Shown: positions 57,492 through 64,000 of the stretch, one piece after another
Layout of the letters: every line of letters begins with the position of its first letter
Numbering within the stretch: the first letter of the stretch is position 1
DNA from: an uncultured Bacteroidales bacterium
Lineage (GTDB): Bacteria > Bacteroidota > Bacteroidia > Bacteroidales > UBA1402
Direction of reading: 5' to 3'
DNA: 64,000 bases
Assembly (NCBI GenBank): GCA_964411555.1
Contig: CAYPLF010000005.1
Span: 8,013-72,012 of the forward strand
Position numbers and translations under genes: made by a program
The notes under the pieces: generated by a model
What the model saw: only the letters and a program-made list of their open reading frames with translations
Databases searched by the model: none
What the model was told of the DNA's origin: nothing

Positions 57492-57998
57492 TCAATTGTA
57501 ATTGACAGTTACCGGGAAGGGGGTGGCAGAGGTGTATTCTCCCAGTTGTTGATCACCGGTGACAACCAGTGTAGCTCCAACATAAACGTTCTTGCTGCCA
57601 TCGGCCAAGTCGCTAAAACCGTTTGGAGTGCTGGTGAAATCGGTCACCATCATGTTCTTGCTGCCGTTGTTGATGATAACCGGAGTGGTTGGCAACGAGA
57701 TGGAGAACGTGGCACCTTGGTATCCCTTTACGGCGAAGGATGCAACGGAAACATCACCGCCATCCATCAATTCAACATTTCCGGAGGCTGAGCGGTTCCT
57801 GCTTTCAGGGGATAAGGTAACAGCACCTGCACCCGATTCAACGGATACATTCCCAAAATTCATGTCCTGTACCTTGGCTATCGAGATAGGCGATACGATG
57901 GTAACAGAAACATGTCCAGTGGCTGTAGTTTGTGAAAACGCGCTGAATGCAAACGTCGCCAGTGCGGCTGCCGTGAGCAATGTAACTTTCGCTTTCAT
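57492..57998 (-). CDS. DUF4402 domain secreted protein (pilin-like beta-sandwich)
   Basis: Signal peptide AFS-Q; ATGHVSVTIVSPISI.K..DMNFG, YVGATL.V...Q..GEY...F.VTVNYN; start reassigned to ATG 57998. Confidence 0.8.
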   Translation of the reverse strand: MKAKVTLLTAAALATFAFSAFSQTTATGHVSVTIVSPISIAKVQDMNFGNVSVESGAGAVTLSPESRNRSASGNVELMDGGDVSVASFAVKGYQGATFSISLPTTPVIINNGSKNMMVTDFTSTPNGFSDLADGSKNVYVGATLVVTGDQQLGEYTSATPFPVTVNYN

Positions 57999-58028
57999 GA
58001 CCTTTGGTTTTAGGGGGTTTTTGTACTC

Positions 58029-58036
58029 CAAAGGTA
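58029..58036 (-). promoter_or_regulatory. -7 promoter box of the DUF4402 gene
   Basis: Minus strand TACCTTTG; no TTTG at the -33 position. Confidence 0.55.
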
Positions 58037-58102
58037 TGGCGGGGGCGATCCCTTTTTTGAAAGGGATTGTGGTGTCTGCCGAGTGTGTTTACCGAAAATT
58101 GA

Positions 58103-58120
58103 TGTAAGGGAAACCCTACA
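58103..58120. promoter_or_regulatory. GacA/UvrY-type binding box upstream of the DUF4402 gene
   Basis: TGTAAG-GGAAAC-CCTACA, one mismatch to TGTAAG-N6-CTTACA, next to a UvrY-like regulator gene. Confidence 0.5.
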
Positions 58121-58140
58121 AAGAGAAGTGCGATGCTTAT

Positions 58141-58770
58141 TTATTCAATCAGCTTGTTTTTAAGCGCATACATGGTAAGGTCGGCATTTGTTTTCAGGTC
58201 CATTTTCTCGAGCAGCCTGGCTCTGTAGGTGCTTACCGTTTTGTCAGAGAGAAAAAGCGTGTGGGAGATTTCGGTGACAGATTTTCCTCTGGCCAACATG
58301 ACCATGATTTGAAATTCCCGCTCAGAAAGAGACTCGTGCGGTAACTTGTCATCCCGCTCCGAATCGTGAAAAATAAGTCGTTCTGCCAGCGCGGCAGAAA
58401 CGTACCTGCCCCCCGCCGCAATCTTTCGGATGGCAGCAGCCAGTTCATCGAATGCGCTGTCTTTCGACAGGTAACCGGACGCTCCCAGTTTGAAAGCACG
58501 GATGGCGTATTGTTCTTGCGGGTAAAAGCTGAAGATAAGCACCCTGGCGGTTATGTTTCTGTCTTTCATGCGCTGCAGGATGTCCAAACCCGTCATGCCC
58601 GGCATGGAGATGTCAAGAATAACGATGTCGTAGGGCGTAGAACAAATCTTTGAGAAAGCCTCATTCCCGTCAGAAACTTCTTCAATCAACTTCACCTCGG
58701 GTAATCCGCGAACGATTTGCTTGACTCCTTCGCGAACAATGGCGTGGTCATCGGCTATGAGTATGTTCAT
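58141..58770 (-). CDS. NarL/FixJ (UvrY/GacA-like) response regulator
   Basis: ILIADDH, VILDISMPG, GASGYLSK, LSEREFQIM...GKSVTEIS..L.LSDKTVSTYR. Confidence 0.95.
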   Translation of the reverse strand: MNILIADDHAIVREGVKQIVRGLPEVKLIEEVSDGNEAFSKICSTPYDIVILDISMPGMTGLDILQRMKDRNITARVLIFSFYPQEQYAIRAFKLGASGYLSKDSAFDELAAAIRKIAAGGRYVSAALAERLIFHDSERDDKLPHESLSEREFQIMVMLARGKSVTEISHTLFLSDKTVSTYRARLLEKMDLKTNADLTMYALKNKLIE

Positions 58771-59864
58771 GATTCAGACTTGTTGGGTATATTGACAGTA
58801 ACAAGCGTTCCCTTTCCATTGTTTGATGAAATCTCAACTGTTCCACCACATCGGCTGATACGTTGACGCATACCGATGATACCGAACGATTTTCCCGAAG
58901 TTACTTTCTCTGAAGCAATGCCGACTCCGTTGTCCCCAATGGTTAATTGAGTATGAGGTGTATACGAGAGTCGAATGTCTACGGTGGTAGCGTTGGCGTG
59001 ACGAATGATGTTTGTCATGGATTCCTGAAAAACACGGAATAGAGCCAAATTTATATCGGGTTGGATTGCCTCTGTTTCTTCGAGATCAAGGTCACAAATA
59101 ATACCGGTCCGTTCGCTGAACTCCCGGCAATACCATTCGATGGCTGCAACCAAACCCAGGTCATCCAGCAAACCGGGATGCAACTCGGAGGAAATACGCT
59201 GCACCTTTCGAATGACATCGTTCGTCATGTGCATCATACGGTCTATCTTTTCTTCTGCAGCCTCTGCGTTCATCCTATTTTGACGCAGCCAACTCAAGTC
59301 CATTTTCAGCGCAGTCATAGCCTGTCCCAATTCATCGTGCACCTGCAATGAAATGGAAGAACGCTCCTCCTCAATGGCCATGATGAGGTAATCGTTCATC
59401 TGTTCAAGCTGCTTTTTTGCTTCGAGCAAATTAGCCTCTGAAGCCATGAGCTTCTCCGTGTTTTCCACCACGCGGTTTTTTTGCCAGTGTAATTCCAAAA
59501 AAACCTTGATCTTGCTGGTCAGGATGATTTCGTTGACCGGTTTGATGATGTAATCTACAGCCCCGGCCTTGTATCCTTCAAGAATTCGCGCGTTTTCCGG
59601 AAAATTGGCCGTGAGAAAAATAATGGGCACCTTGTTGTCAACCCTGTCTTTGTTTAGCAACATGGCCAGTTCGTAACCGTTCATGATGGGCATTTGAACA
59701 TCCAAAATGGCCAGTGACAGGTCTACATCCTTGGTGAGTGCCAATGCCTCTTCCCCCGAAAGGGCTTTAATCAGATTGGCCTGGATATTCCTCAGAATTA
59801 TTTCCAGGTAAAGTATGTTCGTGGAATTGTCATCAACGATGAGGACATTCGGCAGGGCTTGCAT
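58767..59864 (-). CDS. Cytoplasmic REC-HisKA_3-HATPase histidine kinase
   Basis: VLIVDD, AILDVQMP, GAVDYIIKP; H-box VHDELGQAMT, QESMTNIIRHA, DNGVG, FGIIGMRQR; no TM segment. Confidence 0.92.
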   Translation of the reverse strand: MQALPNVLIVDDNSTNILYLEIILRNIQANLIKALSGEEALALTKDVDLSLAILDVQMPIMNGYELAMLLNKDRVDNKVPIIFLTANFPENARILEGYKAGAVDYIIKPVNEIILTSKIKVFLELHWQKNRVVENTEKLMASEANLLEAKKQLEQMNDYLIMAIEEERSSISLQVHDELGQAMTALKMDLSWLRQNRMNAEAAEEKIDRMMHMTNDVIRKVQRISSELHPGLLDDLGLVAAIEWYCREFSERTGIICDLDLEETEAIQPDINLALFRVFQESMTNIIRHANATTVDIRLSYTPHTQLTIGDNGVGIASEKVTSGKSFGIIGMRQRISRCGGTVEISSNNGKGTLVTVNIPNKSES

Positions 59865-60049
59865 GGTAAAGTGGTGTTTGGCTAAACAAAGATAAAAAAA
59901 CTATGAAATAAACGAACATAAAGTGGCTGGTATTTCGCATATATAACAGATTGAGCAAAAAAACTTGAAAAAAGTCGATTATAAAACACAAAAATTTGAT
60001 TGGAAAGTAAATTTGGCGTATCTTCACGAAGCATTATACATGATTGCGT

Positions 60050-60880
60050 ATGCCTAAAAATAGAATTTTAGTCGTTGATGACAACCCTCATGCAGTTTCG
60101 TTAGTATCCATTGTCCTATCACGAAAGATTGACTGCGAATTATTGGTTGCCTTTGACGGGTCATCTGCCATTAAACAAGCAAGGGAAACAAATCCTGATC
60201 TGATTCTGATGGATTGGCAAATGCCCGGCATTGACGGCATACGGGCTGTTGAGATTCTTAAGGAAGATCCGGAAACGGCCATCATCCCCGTCATCATGAT
60301 TACCTGCTATTCAGAGAAGGATTATTTGGAAAAGGCCTTTCAGGCTGGAGTGATCGATTTTATCCGGAAACCGTTCGACAACATCGAATTGTTGGCACGT
60401 GTCAAATCGGTGTTGGCAATCAGGGATTATTACGGCAAGATGATCGAAGCACAAAAACGCGAGGCTGTGGCCATGTCTATGCAGAAAGTGCAAAGCGAGG
60501 AATTTCGTAACAAGGTGGTCGGAGACCTTAAACAGCTCAAGGCTCAGTGCGCAGCTGATCCGTCCAAAACCCTCGACAATATCGAACGGATGATCCGTGA
60601 CATTAATTCCGAAGGAACCGCTTCATCCTGGAATCAAATCGAGCAACGCATCAAGGATACCGATCAACAGTTCTTCCGCAGCATCGGGGAAAAGCACCCC
60701 AATCTGACTCCGGCAGAAATGAAGCTGTGCCTGTACCTGCGTATGAACTTGTCCACCAAGGAAATATCCGGTCTGACCTTCCAAACCTACGATAGCGTGC
60801 GTATTGCCCGTACCCGCTTACGGAAGAAACTGAATTTGGGCAACGACGAGAATCTGGTGGGGTATATTTCTACCTTTTAG
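60050..60880 (+). CDS. Response regulator: REC plus C-terminal LuxR-like HTH
   Basis: ILVVDD, ILMDWQMPG, FIRKPF; NLTPAEMKLCLYLRMNLSTKEIS...SVRIARTRLRKKL; start at ATG 60050. Confidence 0.88.
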   Translation: MPKNRILVVDDNPHAVSLVSIVLSRKIDCELLVAFDGSSAIKQARETNPDLILMDWQMPGIDGIRAVEILKEDPETAIIPVIMITCYSEKDYLEKAFQAGVIDFIRKPFDNIELLARVKSVLAIRDYYGKMIEAQKREAVAMSMQKVQSEEFRNKVVGDLKQLKAQCAADPSKTLDNIERMIRDINSEGTASSWNQIEQRIKDTDQQFFRSIGEKHPNLTPAEMKLCLYLRMNLSTKEISGLTFQTYDSVRIARTRLRKKLNLGNDENLVGYISTF

Positions 60881-60967
60881 CGGTTTTCCGGTTTTCATTG
60901 GTCGTCTGCTTCCTTTTTGTATCCTTCTCATGCTCCTTGGTGTTACTTTTTGCTCTATAAAAGCAGC

Positions 60968-60997
60968 TTTGTCATTGACTTTTGGCATGTATCTTTG
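60968..60997 (+). promoter_or_regulatory. Primary-sigma promoter of the large surface protein gene
   Basis: TTTG(60968-71)-N18-TATCTTTG(60990-97). Confidence 0.55.
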
Positions 60998-61022
60998 AAA
61001 CTGCTAAATAAGGCCTTTTTGT

Positions 61023-64000
61023 ATGTTGGCCATAATAGGAATGATAGTGACGGTTTATTACTTTCATCATACTACATCTCATCCAAAGACAACAAGAAAA
61101 ACCGCTTGGTTTCGTGTGTTGTTGTTCAGCTTGTTGATTGGGCTTCAGGTGGTTCCTGTATTTGGAGCTGCCTCTTGGGACTATACAACAAACACTGGCT
61201 CATTTGGCACTACTTATGATTGGATTGATTGCTCATCGGGTAGCAACATTGTTTCCGGTGATAATGAAGCAGCCAATCTGGCCTGGCCCTTTAATTTCGA
61301 GTGTTATGATGACGTATACACTACAGCAAATAACCTGAGTGTCTGTACGAATGGTTTTATTCGACTGGATGGTTCTGCCAATACAAATGGGTCTACAGCC
61401 AGCGGTTTTCCATCTTGGAATTGGTCCGGGAGAAATTACGGTGAGCTGGGACAAATCGTTGCGCTTGGGGTATATAACAATATGATAGGCGACAACGGAG
61501 GTTGGGTACGATCTCTTGTAACAGGGACAGCTCCGAACCGTATTCTGACAATTGAATACAACAATCTTGAAATCGATTACAATGATAACGGGTATGCCAG
61601 CGTGCAGGTAAGTTTCTACGAAACTTCAAACAAAATCGTCTTAAAATTTAAATCCGAGAATATCAATAGGAGTTCTGTAGAAATGGGTCTCTACAGTGGG
61701 AATAACGATTACTATTCGTATTGGCAACAAATCAATGGTGCAACCGCCAATACTTGGATGGAGTTTTCTAAACCGGTTGTGGTAACCTCCACGTCGGGCA
61801 CTGCAAAAGCAAAATACGACAACCTTGGAGCCGCATTTACAGCCGTTAATAATGGAACTCATCAAGGTGTTATCAACATTACATTGGTAGGCAACACCAC
61901 AGAAACAACTACTGCATCGTTGAACCAGAGCGGCTCAGGCAGCGCCAACTACACTTCGTTGACTGTTAAACCCATCGTTTCCGGTGTGACGGTCTCCGGC
62001 TCCGTTGACGGAGGTTTGGTCAACTTGAACGGTGCCGACAACGTGGTGGTCGATGGACGGCTCAATGCCGCAGGAATACAGCCTGATCTCACGTTTATCA
62101 ATAACTCTACAGGAAGCAGTACTTATACCATGGGCTTTACCAACAGTGCCCAAGGTAATACTGTCAAGTTTGTCAACATCAAGGGTGGGGGCGGCTCAGC
62201 CAGCAATGGTACTGTATTTTTCGGTACAGGAACCAACACCAACAATACGCTGGCTTATTGCCGTGTTACCAACAACGGAACCCGACGCATCAACGCCATC
62301 TATTCACAAGGAGGAACCACAACAGGTACACAGCTGACTGGCAATGCCGTTTACGATACCTGGAGTACAACCGCTTCTTCGTATGGTGTAAATGCTTCTA
62401 CGGGAACCTCGGGATGGAATGTGGCCAACAACAGCTTCTACGAAACCAGTAACTTTCAGCCATCAGCCGCTACAACGTATTCAGCCATTTACCTAAACAA
62501 CACGGGCGGGGTGTACACCCTTACCAACAACTACATTGGCGGGCAGGATTCCTTGTGTGGTGGAACCGCACTGCGGTTTGGTGTTGACGGAACGGTTACG
62601 ACCAATATGTTCCGACCGATTTACATCAACGTAGGATCAAGCACTACGTCCGTACAGGGAAACACAATCAAGAACATTGCCCACAGAAGTAGTAATGCAA
62701 CACCCTTCTATGGGTATTGCATCGATGGCGGGCGTGTAGATTTGGGAACAGTGGAAGGCAATGTGTTGGGTGACACCACAGGCACCGGTTCAATTACGTT
62801 GACGGGAACCTACGCCTCAACACTTTCTTATGGCATATACATTGACGGAACATCGACGGTGAATGTGAACAACAATTTGATTGGGTCAATCACCACGTTC
62901 AACAGTGCTACCAATGCGCACAGCCTTCATGCCATCAGCAAATCAAACACTTCAGGAGCTGTTGTAATATCAGGGAACTATATTGGAAGCGAAGGAACAA
63001 CCATGAATATCCAGACGAGTTCTACCTCTACAGGGAATAACCAAGTTCTATATGGCATTTATACAGAAGGAACCACCACAACCGGAATCAGTAACAACAG
63101 GGTGGCAAATTTAAAAAACAGCACAACCGAAACCAACAGAAGCTCAAAAATATATGGAATATATGCCCGGGATGGAGGGACTAATTGTGGAAGCAATACC
63201 ATTACCGGAAACACAGTGCATGATTTGACCACAGACGGGGCTGCCAGTGGCCAAAACTACGCCAACGTGTCAATGACAGGTATCCATCTGAATTGTATGA
63301 GCGGTAGCCAGTCCATTAAAAACAATACCGTATACAATCTGATCAGCACCACTACCCAGAAAGTGGAATTCTACGGCATCATGTTGAACGGAACGTTGAC
63401 GGGAAACGACACCATCTCCGGCAATTTTGTGTATGGCTTCAAAATGACGTCTGCAAATACCAGTTGTTACCTGCATGGCATTTCAACCATTAACGGTACA
63501 GCGACCGGAGGCGTGCTGACCATCAGTAACAATGTTGTCTTTTTGGGCGATGAAGTGACTACCGGTTGCAGCATATTCGGCATCCTTAAGTATACAAACA
63601 AGCAAACGAACATATATCACAACACCGTCCATTTGGGGGGTACTGTGGTTGATGGAAGTGGAATCTACTCCTACTCATTGAGGGACAGGACAGATGGGAC
63701 GCCTTTTGCCCGTGAAGTCAAGAACAATATCTTCTATAATACCCGTTCGGGTGGGGGATCAAACAACTCCATCTATTTTCAAACCACCGGAAATCTAACC
63801 ATTGATTACAACGATTACGGTTGGTCGGGGACTTATTTTGCTGAAGTGGGTAGTACAGGAATCAAGTATGTAACACTCCAGGAATGGTCAACCTACCTAT
63901 CCGGTCAGGATTCACACAGCTTGACCGTAGACCCGATATTTGACAACATGGGTGGAAATAATGCCACCGATTACAAAACAGGCATAGGTTTGGATGGGGT
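61023..64000 (+). CDS. Large secreted parallel beta-helix repeat surface protein (3'-truncated; not in ORF track)
   Basis: Hand translation is open from ATG 61023 (or 61041) to the window end; hydrophobic signal VLLFSLLIGLQVVPVFG; N-terminal PFNF..Y...SVCTNGFI domain; many I.GN.I/I.NN.V...YGI repeats; DYNDY...LQEW...DSHSL..DP cap. Confidence 0.85.
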   Translation, partial: MLAIIGMIVTVYYFHHTTSHPKTTRKTAWFRVLLFSLLIGLQVVPVFGAASWDYTTNTGSFGTTYDWIDCSSGSNIVSGDNEAANLAWPFNFECYDDVYTTANNLSVCTNGFIRLDGSANTNGSTASGFPSWNWSGRNYGELGQIVALGVYNNMIGDNGGWVRSLVTGTAPNRILTIEYNNLEIDYNDNGYASVQVSFYETSNKIVLKFKSENINRSSVEMGLYSGNNDYYSYWQQINGATANTWMEFSKPVVVTSTSGTAKAKYDNLGAAFTAVNNGTHQGVINITLVGNTTETTTASLNQSGSGSANYTSLTVKPIVSGVTVSGSVDGGLVNLNGADNVVVDGRLNAAGIQPDLTFINNSTGSSTYTMGFTNSAQGNTVKFVNIKGGGGSASNGTVFFGTGTNTNNTLAYCRVTNNGTRRINAIYSQGGTTTGTQLTGNAVYDTWSTTASSYGVNASTGTSGWNVANNSFYETSNFQPSAATTYSAIYLNNTGGVYTLTNNYIGGQDSLCGGTALRFGVDGTVTTNMFRPIYINVGSSTTSVQGNTIKNIAHRSSNATPFYGYCIDGGRVDLGTVEGNVLGDTTGTGSITLTGTYASTLSYGIYIDGTSTVNVNNNLIGSITTFNSATNAHSLHAISKSNTSGAVVISGNYIGSEGTTMNIQTSSTSTGNNQVLYGIYTEGTTTTGISNNRVANLKNSTTETNRSSKIYGIYARDGGTNCGSNTITGNTVHDLTTDGAASGQNYANVSMTGIHLNCMSGSQSIKNNTVYNLISTTTQKVEFYGIMLNGTLTGNDTISGNFVYGFKMTSANTSCYLHGISTINGTATGGVLTISNNVVFLGDEVTTGCSIFGILKYTNKQTNIYHNTVHLGGTVVDGSGIYSYSLRDRTDGTPFAREVKNNIFYNTRSGGGSNNSIYFQTTGNLTIDYNDYGWSGTYFAEVGSTGIKYVTLQEWSTYLSGQDSHSLTVDPIFDNMGGNNATDYKTGIGLDG

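Noticed and set aside
60917-61629. Small ORFs listed at 60917, 61138, 61233 and 61393
   Set aside because: Out-of-frame or antisense to the long open frame starting at 61023

Overview
Chromosomal window from a Bacteroidales (Bacteroidota) bacterium, judged from TAnnTTTG -7 promoter boxes, SusC/SusD, PorT and the gene order of the ribosomal cluster. Layout: (1) 1-6664, minus-strand fasciclin lipoprotein-SusC-SusD operon running off the left edge; (2) 7285-26032, DUF3467 plus the str-S10-spc-alpha ribosomal superoperon (rpsL to rplQ) with several structured intergenic RNAs; (3) 26110-36623, housekeeping and envelope genes (GT90, mdh, SPOR, folE, atypical TonB, DUF349, CorA with a GQN motif, rsmA); (4) 36706-40681, a tightly coupled four-gene operon of CotH-kinase lipoprotein, DUF2490 outer-membrane barrel, VTC-type polyphosphate polymerase domain and DUF4956 membrane protein, the best candidate here for an uncharacterised system (envelope polyphosphate synthesis/export feeding an extracytoplasmic kinase; inference); (5) 40780-54193, pepD, FMN-binding protein, eno, DJ-1, tonB-exbD-exbB, pdxJ, nadK, a macroglobulin-like/plug protein, rplS, split 5'-nucleotidase, porT, ferredoxin; (6) 54350-64000, a signalling island (hybrid kinase, REC-kinase, GacA/UvrY-like regulator with a matching box, degenerate receiver, DUF4402 pilin-like gene, REC-LuxR regulator) followed by a >990 aa beta-helix surface protein absent from the ORF track. 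No tRNA, rRNA, CRISPR array or transposase was seen. All family calls are from motif recognition by eye; no database searches were run.
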